This document shows positions 1 through 13,640 of a DNA stretch of 64,000 nt, one piece after another (within the stretch, counting starts at the first letter, position 1; each line of letters starts with the position of its first letter). The notes beneath the pieces are model-generated. The model had not been told where the DNA came from, made no database searches, and saw only the letters and a program-made list of their open reading frames with translations. Both the position numbers and the translations under genes were made by a program. The DNA is taken from positions 142,092-206,091 of the forward strand of contig NMRA01000206.1 of assembly GCA_002633005.1 (NCBI GenBank), read 5' to 3'. This DNA comes from Phoronis australis (lineage: Eukaryota; Animalia; Phoronida).

Positions 1-1
1 A

Positions 2-330
2 CAGCAGTCAGACGGAGAACGTCTTGATGTTCCGAAGGATGCCAAAGTTGTGCATTAGTGGCATCGCTTCGTGCGCCGAACGAGAGTGTGGCCGGACCTA
101 GCTCAGCGTGGACCAAGCGATTCTGTCCGGGGCCATTCTGTGTTCTGCCCACCTTGAGGAGTCGTGTTTCGACTCCAGTCAGAGGAGATGTTACGATGAA
201 GGCCTGGTTCAACAAAGGACAATATTTACTATTCACGAAACATCGGCTCTTTATTCTGAGGATCGTCTGTTGGATGACTGGGTTGACTGGCCGAGCCCGG
301 CTTCTCTCGCGGGAGGATCCAGTTCGTATA
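2..330 (+). pseudogene. Degenerate THAP zinc-finger domain (transposon-derived, truncated at window edge)
   Basis: Frame from 2 reads ...DVPKDAKVVH*WHRFVRRTRVWP; after a frameshift, ORF 108-344 reads AILCSAHLEESCFD...RTIFT. These match the THAP FPKD..W, CSxHF and PTIF motifs. Contains a stop and frameshifts. Confidence 0.65.
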
Positions 331-2079
331 AGGCCTCAAAGTAGAAAAGTACGCAGCTGAAAACATCTCAAACTCGTTCTCGCTTTCGTGCAACCCCATT
401 TCGTCATCCTGGCCACCATTCTCGCACGTTTTTTCATAGTATTTGTTCATTTCTTTACTCTCCGCCGTACCTGTTAATGCTAGTCGCTCATCTCTTGTGT
501 TCAACCCATGATGTCACATGGCGGGAAATGTGAAAATTGGCAAAATTGAAAGAGAAATCAAAATTTCGAGCTAATGACACAAAATAATCATGGATTTGGC
601 TAAATTTTGCGTCATACATTTAGTCTGTGGCCACCGGTAATTCGAATCGTGCAAAAATCCATGGTGTGTACTGTTTAAGACATTCGTTTGTTTCCATAAG
701 CTACTGAACACTTCTCTTGGTAAATTCTTTGATAAAAATCTCAAGATTCCAACCAGACCCATTTACTCATTGACACAAAGTGACAGAAGTTGTGTCAAAA
801 TGTGACCACTGGAATTGTAATACAGCTGCAAAACTGCGTCATTCCAACAATGGACGCTTAGACGTTTCATGAGCCCATAAAACAGCTCTAACTATGTCAA
901 TCCTTCTGACAATATCTAGGTCCAGTCCGTGGATTTTGACTTTGGAATACGCACTGGTTTCAAGAAATCTGATTTGAGCAGCATTCCACAAAATTTTAAA
1001 ATGGCGCTAAAAAACTTTAATAGAGCAAACGTTGCTGTTTAATAGGTCCATTATTCCCAAACCCGACAGCTAAGACAATGGTGTACAGAACGGGCGTTAT
1101 CGGATCACTGCGGTGCATGACCTTTGAATTTAGTGAGGCAAGGGAACGTTTGGTCTAGGTGATGGAAAAATGCCAGCTCAAGTTCGGGAAACTACTTCTG
1201 AGTATGATCTGCAATTTGGTTTCAAATACTGCAAAACCTTTGAGATGCCTCTCTCTTACTGGTTTCGGTTTTATTTTATTTATGAAGTTTGATATTTATA
1301 CTAAACTCCGAATAAGCTATATTAGCATGCGATAAGTAAATGTTCGTGTTGTGTTTTTTCAGCGCCAATTATAGCAAAGTGACAATTTTACAGAGTCCGA
1401 AATTCAATGCTAAAAACTAATCATTAAGTCAAAACTTAGTGTGTGCTTGGCGCTAATATTTCTAAATGCCAAGGTTATGTAGGACCGTATCGATAACTTT
1501 AAACTCAGTAAGGTATACATTTTCTGAAAGTAAAATGGCTGTAAAATTTGATCTTTGATTTCTACCAGTTTGCTGTTAATTAGGTAACGTGACCATGTCT
1601 TTATAATAAAATTTAGCAAAAAGAAAGGCACATTGATAGCAAATCAATGGTATAAATAACATGATCAAATTTTATTCGATATAAACATTTCAGATGAGAT
1701 ATTAAAAGCGCTGTTACTGTTTTCTAATGTATCAGTTCGGTTTTGCTATATGCACCTTTAAAGGTTTTTCGTAAAAATAATAAAAAAACATATTTTTGAT
1801 AATCCTAATGATAAAGTGAAATATTCTAAAATCAAATGCGTTTTGAGAGTAGTGCATACACATTAATCACAGTATCTCAGTCAATGAAACAGATCCCACA
1901 GGATTATCAGCGAACATTACACTTTTCGTGGCAGAATGAGTGTTGGGCTGCCTCGAATTGGTCTCCATTACGTCATCATGTTCGGATTCGTCGGATTGTC
2001 GCAAAAAATCAATTGGCACGAAACACATGCAACGGGGCGCTTTTATAATGTATCGTTATCTGACGAGTGTACGATGCAG

Positions 2080-2560
2080 CATTTATTCATGTCAGTCATT
2101 ATTGTTACGAAGTGACTGCCTTCAAGTCGTCAGTTTAGAATATCGGCTAAACTCATCATCCCCATCCAAAACACTCAGAGATCAGACAAACTGTGGAGAC
2201 CTCGTTGGTGGAAGCACTTCGGAATAGCAAATAACTAGTACCATACAAGAGGTTTGTCGACTTTGATATATTCTGACCCATTCTTGACCATAGTTAGACC
2301 TCCAGTGACTTACATGTAGCAAAGAAGGCTGGTCCTCCCAACGAAGGCACAGATTGGTCCCATCGTCAAAACAATTCATTTTCTTAAAACGCTCGGCTAC
2401 AAGAGGAGACATGCCATCCCTGCCAAACATCTCGATCTTTGAGTACCACCTATAGCACACTAAATATGTTTTGAAGTGAATATACCCATACACGAGTGGT
2501 GGAGCTTGTCATTATTCACGAGCTTCTTTCATTGACTTCTTTCCAACGCCATTCACACGT
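2080..2560 (-). mobile_element. Degenerate fragment resembling the C-terminal XPG-like region of an Academ(X)-type transposase
   Basis: Minus-strand pieces GVGKKSM.., EVLPPT..SLSV..WMG..LEG..IMTDM follow the order of the GxGK / LPPT / LRV..W.G..GW..PI.T motifs seen in XPG-CXC transposon proteins. Many disablements. Confidence 0.4.
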
Positions 2561-3470
2561 GGAGTTAAGGAATAAAGTATGCCTAACTGACATGCACAGT
2601 ATATTTAAACATTTACAAGGGCATGCTTCTGCATACCCGTGACGACATTCTTAGGTTTGACATTGCTTGCTGACAGAATGACGCTACAGATAAACAGAAA
2701 CACAGACGAGTACTAAACTGTCAGGAAATGTATTAAAACCTTGTTGATACCAGTAGTTTGAAACCTCCCTTCCTCATTACATGGGATCTGTAGGTGGCGC
2801 TGAACGCCTGTGAACCAAAGGCCTGATCACCGTCTGGCGGGATAAAAAATTTCAATAAGGCGTGCCTATATATCGAAAGTCAGTCATTCCAATGGCAGCA
2901 AAGTTCATCAGTTAATCTCGTTAATTCCGTGTCAAATTTCTGTATTGTTTGGAAAGTTACGAAAGCAACTTATGATCACAATGTTTCAACTATGTCTTTT
3001 CATATTTCTTACAGTAGATGCAGTGAAACACGAAACAACATTGTAAGCAGAAATAGGCGTTTATTGGGACCAGTGCAATTTCATAGTTGATACTGCACGT
3101 GATGCTCAGCTCCAAAGTCCTAAACAAGAAAGGTCAAATGCAAGATCAGAAACACGGTGATAGAAAATGAAAAAGGCAAGTGATTCTCAACAGACATGTC
3201 ATTTTTCTGTAATGTTTTCTATCCTATTTACCTTTATTTATACATGTCAACTATGATTTTAGAAAAATGTCGGGGATAGGTGAATTGACACACACTGCCT
3301 CAAATCTATCCGCCAATTTGGATAACCTAAGGGCCAAGTTACGTTTTATCTTTTTTGCTACGAATTTTAATGAGCCCATTGGACCGAGTTAAGCAATCAC
3401 AGTGCGTCAATGAAATTATTTTTGAGTTATTCAAGCGTGATACTCTCCTATATAATCCCTGCATGTACGT

Positions 3471-3474
<4 letters not shown>

Positions 3475-3509
<35 letters not shown>
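3475..3509. repeat. (AT)n microsatellite
   Basis: About 17 perfect AT units; explains the YIYIYI ORFs. Confidence 0.98.
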
Positions 3510-3514
<5 letters not shown>

Positions 3515-3667
3515 GCTCAATGTATTTCGAGCAATGCGTGGTATTTGATGTACAGTATTAAATACGCTGTATCGAATGAAAACGATGAACATTTAACTTT
3601 GTAGCAAGAGCCACCTAGTGACTTTCTGAAGAACTGCATGCACAACTGTTCTCAGGAAAGAAACAAT

Positions 3668-4788
3668 AGGGAGGTTTCGCAAAGCGACGTGAACGTAGAT
3701 TATGACGCATATTTTATTGCGCGTGCCGATTCACGTTACGGTAACAAAAAAGGTTTCGCAACAGCTAAATTTTTACGTGAAGTACAAAGTGAACGTGAAC
3801 TTAATATGTGAGCAGAGGATGTCCAATTATCATGGGATATAATATGTACATCCTGATATTAGATAGGTTTGGCAAAACGACGTGAAAATGAGTTATCATG
3901 CATAATTTCCGCGTCATACATGCCATTGTTGGCAGTGTCGTATTCCTGTTAATGTTTGCGTATTTTACAAGAATACAGGGAGATTCACTTCGTTATAAAC
4001 GCAAACCTGTGGCCTCTTTTTATTCTTATTTGGAAAGACATCGAAATGGTTGTAATTTTGATAGGTTTCTCAGTCTTACTTCTTTGGTTCAGTATAAAAT
4101 GAACGTAATTTTGTGTTCATTATTGATTTCTTCATGCTTAATTTGCATGCATCTACTAAACTGAAAATAAATTACGCATTATAAAAGTAAACCATTTTTC
4201 GCAGGGGTCTGTAATAACGACTTTTCTCACATGCAACATACATCCGGCATACCTGTGGCAGAATGGAATACCGTGAAATACAATAAATTAAAGCAAAACC
4301 TGTTTCGTTCTGCAAAACGTACATGTACACCTGAACCGATTGTCTATCAACATTCTCAAAGAAAAACATGATGCAGAGCTCAAAGTACGAGAGCAAGAGG
4401 TAAGATTGGAATGGGAAACGTTGATAATGGAGAGGAAAGAAAGGAACGGGACGCTACCTGTAGATCACATGATGTTAAATCTCATCGCAAAATTAACTTA
4501 CAAAATTTGACTAAATTGTATTGCCTGATTTGTGTTAGATGTTTTGAGAATGAAAATAAAATGTTGCTTTCGCAGAGTGATTTGTAAGTAGTTTGTTCTC
4601 CAGCGGACATGCACAACTAGGATATCTGGACACCCTGAGCTCAATTATTCGGTTCACGTTTACTTTCACGTTCACGTTAAAATTTAGCTGTTGTGATACC
4701 CATTTTTCTTACGGTAACGTGAATCGGCACGCGCAATTATATATGCGTGAATGTTCACTTTCACGTCGCTTTGCAAAAATTCTCCGCT
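3668..4788. mobile_element. Non-autonomous TIR element, ~1.1 kb, ~135-bp imperfect TIRs, AT flanks (ISL2EU/Harbinger-like)
   Basis: Left end agggaggtttcgcaaagcgacgtgaa...gcgcgtgccgattcacgttac is the reverse complement of the right end gtaacgtgaatcggcacgcgc...tcacgtcgctttgcaaaaattctccgct. AT at 3666-3667 and 4789-4790. Confidence 0.8.
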
Positions 4789-5499
4789 ATAGATATGCAA
4801 GATAGAAATTCCTCACATGACCTGGAATTTGTTACGACAAGACTGGTTAATAACACCGAGTACGTAATTTTTTGATATTACATGGGCGAAACACAAAGTA
4901 GTGCAAAGTAGAAATCCATACGCCTCACAATTTATCGTCCGCTCTGCAAAACACTAAACAACCATACGCGCGCCAACCAATCAATGCCGTTATTTTGATA
5001 AAGTGACAAAGTTATCATTGAAAAATCGCAACTGTACGTACTCCAAGTAGAAAGGACGTGCAAACAACTTCTTAAACGGACCCATCTTTGGCGGCAAATT
5101 CCATATCCACATTCATTCAAACGGAGACGAGCCTCAACTCAAGAAACGCGGCGAGGCTGTCTACATCTGCTGTCCCAAATTCAATTCAACGTTCACGCGC
5201 GGGGAAGCCTTGCTGGCTGTTTTTATGAACATTTTTTTTTTGGTTTTAATACTACAACTTCAAAGACTTAGATTCTAACTTGAATAACTGTTACGAAAAC
5301 TGAACGCAGTTTACAATTGTTAAGCTTAAAATAAAACTATCAACAAAAAGTAATTGAATTACTTTACAAGCATGTTTTTACACGGCGAGTTTTTCGTCAA
5401 AAAATACCGTTTTTTCACTGCAAGCCTTAGGATTTTGACAACATTTCCAAGAGATTTTGCCCAGGTCATAAACCTGTGACACGTGTAGGATTCTCTATA

Positions 5500-5965
5500 T
5501 ATTATATTGAACGTGAAAAAGTCGTTCCAACTCTTAGAATGCGAAAATTATTTGCAATTTAAAATAAATAGATGCAATTAAATTAAGCATGTAAAAAGTT
5601 TGACAACACAAAAGTCATGTTTGTTCAAAATCCACTCTAGTTCGACGATATCCAGAGAACACCGGAAGAATAAGGATTTTGGGAAAAAGCCTTCCTTCAG
5701 CTTGACTTTAAGAACATTTATGTGCAAAAGAATCGTGTTCATTCTATACCGGAACAAAGAAGAAAGATTGAGAACCCAATCAAAATAAAAATCATGTCGA
5801 TGTCATGCCAAATAAGCATTAAAAAGGGGCCACAGCTTTCACGTTTTGTGTAAAATACGTACATGTAAACACTATAGGGATTACGTCAAATCCAAGAAAG
5901 ACATGTATGACCCGGAATCATATATGCGTGATTATTCACGTTAACGTCGCTTTGCGAAACCTCTC
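5500..5965 (-). mobile_element. Partial inverted copy of the 3668-4788 family
   Basis: ccaaataagcattaaaaaggggccacag (~5810-5835) is the reverse complement of 4006-4033; the copy ends in cgtcgctttgcgaaacctctc (TIR). Confidence 0.7.
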
Positions 5966-6394
5966 GACTTTGTAAATAACTTGCGGCTTTAAAGAAAACA
6001 CGACACCTTGCAGATTGTCGAAATGACTTTATTTCTAAACTTCTATGGAAACAATGAAATAAACTATACACTGTACATTTCAAAGCTAAGTAATAGACAT
6101 TGGCCCATTTTTGTCTATCAAAAAATATTTATCTGCAACTTTCGGAAAGACAGTTGGGGTAATTAGATAATGCCAATTTTTTGTTAATGTCACCGGATCC
6201 TGAATTTTTAGTAAATAATGTAACTATAGCAAACGGCACCAAAGGTCCAATTAATTATAATATTTAAAAATGTAAAATTTTGTATCAATGTCGGACATAA
6301 TGATCCACAGCAATTCTGAGGGATTCATATTCTATAATCTTAGTCTTTATAGGGTAGAAAACTCTTGAATCATTGAAATTATTTCCTTGTAGGT

Positions 6395-6870
6395 TTAACA
6401 AGCCATTTATGTCGCGGTGGACAGGATTGTTCATCCATGAACAACCACGTTCCTTACAATATCTCTTTTTATCACTCCGGCTGGTTTGCTCACTCAGCTT
6501 GTCTGGAACCTGCTTGGCAGATTTTTACAGCCCAGTTGGCTGTTTGGTGTACCTCTTGATACATTATATGATATTTAACCATTAGGGTGTTTGTACCCAT
6601 TTAGTACTTGCTACTGAATTTGCTGTCTCGACCCACTTAATATACAATCGGTCAATACCTATTTGGTAATATGTACCCATTTGGTACTGTGGAAATTAGT
6701 ATCCGATACTCAATTACACATTGGGTAACTTAAATATGTGTGTTATATCTTGTAATTTAGGAACTCATCTGGTTCCTCTTATGAAATATTTATTTGTAGT
6801 GCTCTGACCCTGAAATTCCCAATACAACTTAAAATATACTTTATTCTTGTTGTTTTATTTGTCCCCAATA
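6395..6870 (+). repeat. Dispersed repeat, copy 1 (direct repeat of 12390-12905), with internal gtaccca(c/t)ttggtac sub-repeats
   Basis: Shared blocks gtggacaggattgttcatccatgaacaacc and ccctgaaattcccaatacaacttaaaatatac...tttgtccccaataa. Confidence 0.9.
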
Positions 6871-8905
6871 ACTCTGGTCCACTTTGTTAGTTTTCGTCCG
6901 TTGGTTACACTTTCAGTGACATCATACAATGTACCAATAGTCCATTTCAGGTAATGACTATGAAGCAGTTGATAATAGTGGCAGTACCCCTGTGGTTAAA
7001 GTTTTTAGAATTAAAATTTTTCCTTAAACTGTCAAGCATGCAAAATGATAATTACTTATCAATTAAGGAAATTATATTTTGCTTCAGGTACCACCATCAA
7101 GAACTGATAACGGCTTTTCGAATCATATCACTCCCATGCAATCCAATTCGAAAAACGGCGGCATTGTCAAAAGTTTTATTGGCAGTAAATTTCATAATGA
7201 AATCCAACATCGGAACAAATGAATACAAACAAACTTCACGCATGCGCAGCGTAATTTCAGCAGCGCGTGATCGAAGTTGGCATTCCAGGGCTAGACTTCC
7301 ATGGTACCAATGAAGCGTGATGTTACCGTGGAAACGGAACTGTTAACAGTCTCTGCAAACACAAAACACTGATAAAACGTTTACCGGACACAAAAACCGC
7401 GTCAAGAAAACTGAACTACGGAAACAATCACTTGCAGGAATTACTAACAAATAAACAATTGCCGCCTGCAACCGTTTTACTCCTGTTGTGGGAACCATTG
7501 ACGCATTTGATGGGCTGGAATGGTTCTTCGTTGAGGTAAGTCTATTTTCACATCTTTTGACTTTCTCCGATGCTCGAAAACGGGTGAGAATGAATTCAAT
7601 TTGAGATCTGTTTTTGAAGAAATAGTGAATGTGGTATCTGTATTTTTTATACATGCTAACTTTTTCAAAGCAAGAAGTCCATCTGAGACGAACAGGTACG
7701 ATATGGGATTTGGGCTTTTTTTGCCTTTTAACTCCATGTGCGACAAATCATCACGTTTCTAAGTGTGGTGTTGTGTATGAGTTTCTATGCCCTATAAACG
7801 AATGACTTCGTTCAAACGTCAAACAATGTTACATTTGTCAAACGGTTTGCAGTCTTTCCCGTTGGTTATCTAGGCATCTTCAAACTGGCGTCATCCGAGA
7901 TCATTTTCTGCAATGTCACGAACGTAAAATCACCCGTCATAGATTGTGGAAAACGCGTCAATTCGGTACGTAGAGCACGATGTGCTGTGATTGAAATTAA
8001 AGTCCCTTTTGATTGCATTTGAGAAGTCTGTTTTGAATGAGCAGCAAAGAGGGAGCGCCGCACGTTACACTTTTTGCGTGACTTTCCTGTTACCCCNCCC
8101 CCCCCCCCCCCCCTTCATTTGTCATTCTTTGCAGTATTTTACATCTGCCGTGTCCCACTGTCCAGCTTATATTTTGTGATGGCATTACTGCGTCATTTTA
8201 TATCCATTTGAGAATGAAACAAGTATGTTTCGAAATATCGTGAACTTTTTAATTACAATGTATGTCGCTAGATCACTTTCTTCATCTATGTTCCGTTGAG
8301 AGTAGAGTTTTATTCCGAACCTATGAACAAAACGGAATAAAGACTGTCAACAACGAAAAGTGTCGTGTGTTTAATCAATTCTGCATATCAGAAAACTTGC
8401 TCCGGAATTATAGTCCTTTTCAAGATTTGCTTACATTTTCTGATGTGATTTTAAACAAAAAAGATTCTAGGTGAAAATGATGGGTGTACAGATCTCAAAC
8501 AGACTCGAGTAAAGAACAAAACCTACTTTGTTTTTCTGTCTAATGTGAAATTCACATGTCACGTGAACAATTTCAAGAGGGTGGTTTCTTCAATGCACTG
8601 GACCTTCGTTGGCAACTAAAATTTTGCACACAAATTCAAGGACATCAGCTTTCACTTATGCAGAGGCGTTCATACTGAACACGATACTTTTCAGCGATAA
8701 TGCCGCATTGGCACGACCAAAAGCATGGGATTTGGGTCAAGCGATTGCTTTGGTCTGCATTGTATTGCGCCAAGAACAAAATTATATCTGTATCTTTTAC
8801 TCAAATAGTCCAACGCAAAGCAGAACACTCAATGAATCTGAAAGTGTAATTGCGCAACTAGATCGAAATCCCAGAGGATTTTTGGGCATGAAAAGGGAAC
8901 CAATT

Positions 8906-8914
8906 TTGTTGTTT

Positions 8915-8955
<41 letters not shown>

Positions 8956-8958
8956 ATT
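8906..8958. repeat. (TTG)n microsatellite
   Basis: Direct observation; explains the poly-L and poly-T ORFs. Confidence 0.97.
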
Positions 8959-9639
8959 GATGTAATATGCTTTAATTTAAAAAAATCGTCGATGCAATTG
9001 TGCAAAAAATAAATGAATCTCAAAGCGCGTAAAATTGGACAGGGAAATGGGCAATTCTCACTAAGGTCAACTTAAGCTGTGGTTGATAGGACATTATAGT
9101 CAAGAAAAGTAGTTTTCTGATGGAGATCATCGTCGGCGTGAAATCGAAACTGCAACACCTGCAACTGCAGTCTAACAGTCTTCTGGTGGAGTTTAACCCC
9201 ACTTGACATTTAAGGGAATTCAAAAAAACGAATTTTGGTGTTATGTAGGTCTGATACAACTAATAAATTCATGAAGTCCGTCGCATCCATCACTTATACT
9301 GAAATGCGTTTGTCGGCCTTAATCCCTTTAAGCAGAGCCTAGTGTTGGCCGGGAGAACGCGCCTGAGCTTGAGAATTAGTGAATTTCTTGCCACGTGCAT
9401 GTACATACAGGTAGAATGTACGTAGATAAATCTGTGACTGAAAGTGATTGGTCCACTCCCCCATTGCACATGTCGTGCACTCAGTATTAGTTCATGGCAA
9501 AATCGTGCTTTGTGGCAAATGTTGTTTTGTTTCGGGATTTGGCTCTTCATTTTTGTTCGGCAGAAGCATTCCACCACTAAAATTGCCTTGCATGTAATAG
9601 TTGATGAACACAATGCTCTTGGTTTCGAAAGGTAGACGG

Positions 9640-10150
9640 ATGGGTTGATCTAGCTTAAGTCTGACGTTTGGATGTTTCTAGCGGGGTTAATATACAACCG
9701 TATTTGCCTGGTGGAGTTCATTCATTATACATGTACATGTACATGAGGTTATGTTGAATATTTTGCAACCGAATTTATGTGGTTATCTCTAAGGTTGATC
9801 TAGCTCAATTTTGGCACCCCGTTACTTTCATCTGGCAGGGTCACCCCACTGCGGCAGTTGTCTGGCGTAAACATGTAACTGCTGCGCCGCGTGGAGTGGT
9901 CTGGGATATTGGCCTATTACTGTTAGTTGCATCGTGTTACCTGGTGGGTTGGGCTAGCTCAAGTCTGACATTTGGACCTGTCTGGCGAGGGTAATCCACC
10001 ACTGTATAATTTTGGCGGTGCTTATTCTTAATACATTGGTCTTTGCTGAATAATTTTAACCTGTTTCTTGCGGTAACCTCTTGGGTTGATGTGGCTCAAT
10101 TTTGGCATCATTTACATGTATAACGGTGTGGCTGATGTTCTCTTCAACTG
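9640..10150 (+). repeat. Diverged ~300-bp tandem duplication; an inverted family member lies at 63060-63215
   Basis: gggttgatctagcttaagtctgacgtttgga (9642) vs gggttgggctagctcaagtctgacatttgga (~9946); ggttgatctagctcaattttggca (9793) vs ggttgatgtggctcaattttggca (~10084). Confidence 0.75.
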
Positions 10151-10661
10151 AAATTGCCTGGCAGTGCTTAATTTGATACGGTGAATTTAGTAGCAGGTGT
10201 CGCACATATCTTAAGTCGTTACCAGAAAAATTGACCTTGCTCAATTGTTGAATGTCATTTTCATGGCTCCCCTGACCACACCCACTAGAGCGAGCCTGCC
10301 AGATGGCAATTTCCTCCAGGGTGTAGCATTGAGATACCCATGGATCACTCTAGCGTCAAAGAAAATTGGTTACATTTCCATGCCCAAAAAACCCCTGGCA
10401 CTTAATGAGCGGATACTCAATTTCCAAACATGATGCAGATGATAACAGTGCCTCATATTGGATTCATGTGCGGAAGCACTTCTGTGAGACCTTCGCTCAA
10501 GTCTATAACGGCTTCAGAATCTGACTCTGTCAAAAATTCAAGTGGCATTTATGTTTATCTATTCCGATGCGTAAAATAACTCGTCAATAGCCTACATAAC
10601 AAGAACAAAGTTTGAATTAAAACATTTTGAAAGATTGCAAACCATGTCATATGGCTTACAT

Positions 10662-11038
10662 TTATTTCGTGCGGAAATGAACACCTACGAAGAAACACAG
10701 AGCCACAAAAATGAAACTATGCGAAGGCTTGGCGGCAGACGACACTTTTTGAAACGAACAGTCCTGCGTAGAAGAAACAACTAGTAGCCCGTGAAGGTAT
10801 TTGTTACGTTCGCCTTCCGTAGATTTGGTGCGAAGATCAACGCACTTGTTCCTTAACAGCGCCTTGAGACCAGTGAAGTAAGAGTAGCACCTATCCCTGA
10901 ACTCCGCGCCGTTAAAGTAGGTGTTGAAATGGGACAAGTCGCCGTAAGCACAAGTGCTGGTATAGTTCTCTCGCACGTATGAAGATCGCGCCCGGTCGAT
11001 TGGTGACTTGCTTTTCGGATCATTGATGTCCGTAGTAA
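10662..11038 (-). CDS. Terminal exon, ZP-C-like with a C-terminal hydrophobic tail
   Basis: Acceptor atgattttccag|, open ~125 codons to TAA, higher GC than its flanks. Confidence 0.55.
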
Positions 11039-12389
11039 CTGGAAAATCATACACACGTAACCATCGCAATTCAGATTAAGCGGCAGACAACATTACTTTG
11101 TAAGGGAAGCTATAAAACCGTTTTTTTCTTTTCTCGAGTGAGCTCAACAGCCTACTGTATTTCAAGGGGGTGGCTCGTTATCCGCTATCCTGTAGATGTG
11201 CTTAGACACTAGTTGTGGATTGGTCACCAGAATCTGTGCGCTGTGAAATGTTGCATTGCTAAAAAGCTTTGATCTGCAAAATAACCTTGGCAGTTGAAAG
11301 AAAAAATGGTGTGTGCATTACCGGCGTTTTTACATCGTGACTCCAATGAAAGCTAATGCTATAGACATTATATACCTTCTCACGGCAGGGACAGTGTTGT
11401 TTCCAGAGATTGTGATCTAAAAAGCTACCCTAACTAGAGGATTGAGGGGTCCAATTATGCATTCACTAGATACTGAAGCCGCCCGAACGAATGTCATTAA
11501 AAATACACACAAAAACGATCAAAAATCGAACTTGCATTGGCACATGATGTTGATATCTTAAACAGGGCGATAAGCAGTGTTTTGTCCCAATTATACGTAC
11601 ATGTATCTTTGAGTAAACCTTTATTTGAGACGATGTTGATTGTCATTCACCAAACCTCAAAGTCAATCAACAAGTTTATACTCTCTATTAAGTCTTCACA
11701 AACGTGTCCGTCAGTGACGTTTATCGAACTAGTTGACGGCTGTTGGGACACGCCCCCAGGATGAACTTTTAATGGCGAGTTTAAGCTCCATGAGATGTGT
11801 TGCTTGTTAAATGGCAAGGGACCGAACAAACTTAAGATGAAAGGAACAACATGAAGCAGAGTATAACTCTAATATACAATCATTGTCTTCTGACAACTAA
11901 CAACCCTTCTCACCAGCATCCTTGTTGTTGAGCCTGTATGTGAAACCTTTAAATTCCACCCACTTGGTGTCGCCGTTTACTGAGTACGTCTCGACATTGT
12001 ATTCGCCGTCTGAAAGTTTGTAAGGTTTGAATTTACATGAGATATGAATCCTAAAAGATCATCAAGGAAGAAAAACAACGAGACCTATCACAGATTGCTT
12101 TTCAACCCAGGTTCGGTCCGCACCAATATTGCTGGCGTGGAATTTAGAGATGTATGGCATTTTTTGTGAAGTGAGATACATTTACACTGACGCCACTGCT
12201 TCTTAGCATACATCAGCGATGCTTCAAGTCAATTGACAGTTCCGACAAATGCGGTTGAAGATCACGCCTGCCATGTAGTTGGAAAGTCCTGCAAGCGCAA
12301 AGTCAATTTGGCAAGACTACTGCAGCACACATTCCCTCCGATTTTGTTTGACAACCTTTCACGGAAACTATAGAGCTACATTAATCACC

Positions 12390-12905
12390 AGGTTGTGGCG
12401 GTGGACAGGATTGTTCATCCATGAACAACCCTGCCCATGTGGCACATACTGAGCCACAACACCACGGTCCTTACAATATCTCTTTTTATCACTCCGGCTG
12501 GTCTGCTCACCCAGCTTGTCCGGAACCCTGCTTTGCAGGTTGTTATAGCCCAGTTGGCTGTTTAGTGTACCCACTTGGTACTTTATATGATATTTGCCCA
12601 TTTGGCAGTTTGTACCCACTTGGTACTTGTTATTGAATTTGCCGTTTTGCTCGACCCAGTTGGTAGGCAATCGGCCAATACCCATTTGGTATTATGTACC
12701 CATTTGGTACTATTGCTAACCTGTGCCACTTAGCATCCGATACTCAATTGTACTTTGGGTATCGGAAATGTGTGTGTTATCTCTTGTAATTAAGGAACCC
12801 ATCTGGTTCCTTCTGTGAAATATTTATGTGTAGAGCTGTGACCCTGAAATTCCCAATACAACTTAAAATATACATTATTCTTGTTGTTTTATTTGTCCCC
12901 AATAA
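12390..12905 (+). repeat. Dispersed repeat, copy 2 (see 6395-6870), lying within the ZP-like locus
   Basis: Co-linear similarity with 6395-6870. Confidence 0.9.
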
Positions 12906-13464
12906 TCACCATAGAATGCCGTAAACAACCCTAGTCAACCACCATGGTCTAACCATTGACCTGTGTTCGCAACTATGATCCGACACTGTAGCAGACTTAT
13001 GCTAGTGTGGTAGGGCGGGCGGCCTCTGGGTTGTTGGAAGTCGTTTGTGACGTCCACTGGTGTAATTACTTCCCTTTCCCTCTGACCACCGGACGTACGT
13101 TATGTGCCGCTCATTGGCGTTTTAAAAGTTCTTCAACCTAGATACACGAGTACGTTAATATATTGACTCCTGCTGTGCGTTGCGTTCTTTGATAAAACCG
13201 CAGAGTGTCTACACGTACTAAAACAGAAATCATAAAAACGTTATGTGCACTTACATTAGCAAATTTTCTCCCAATTCTTGCACTTGAAATTCATACTTCA
13301 CGGATATTGTGGCAATGCGATCTGTTGTTTTTTGATATTTTTAAAAGAAGCAAATCAAAATATTGTATTGGTCAAAAGAAATATAATCTAGCATAGCTTC
13401 GTTCTTGAAGTAACACTTCGTTTTATTGCTCGGACAAACGATTCATGTACATCCAAATAGGCGC

Positions 13465-13640
13465 TGGCGAGACAGTGGGGCTCAGTGGTTAGAGCTCCGG
13501 ACTCGTGCATGAGACCTGGGTTCAAATCCTGGCTTCACTGGCTGACATTCGAGCATTGCACAAAGGTGTCTCCTATTCCTCTGAGTTCGGTCTTACTTGT
13601 GAATGTGTGCAAGGGAGTGAATGAGAACTTGGATATTATG
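13465..13640 (+). mobile_element. tRNA-derived SINE head
   Basis: A-box-like gtggggctcagtggttagagc and B-box gggttcaaatcc; no acceptor stem; unrelated body follows. Confidence 0.6.

Noticed and set aside
7480-7540. Plus-strand first exon with a gag|gtaagt donor after a promoter-like region
   Set aside because: No downstream plus-strand coding exons were identified, and a single donor match is expected by chance.
11160-11170. In-frame TGA in a ZP-like exon as selenocysteine
   Set aside because: It follows a homopolymer run where a 1-nt indel restores an open frame, and no SECIS was recognised.
13465-13540. tRNA gene
   Set aside because: A/B boxes are present but there is no paired acceptor stem or complete cloverleaf; treated as a SINE head. 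The same applies to 19375-19436 and 22413-22480.
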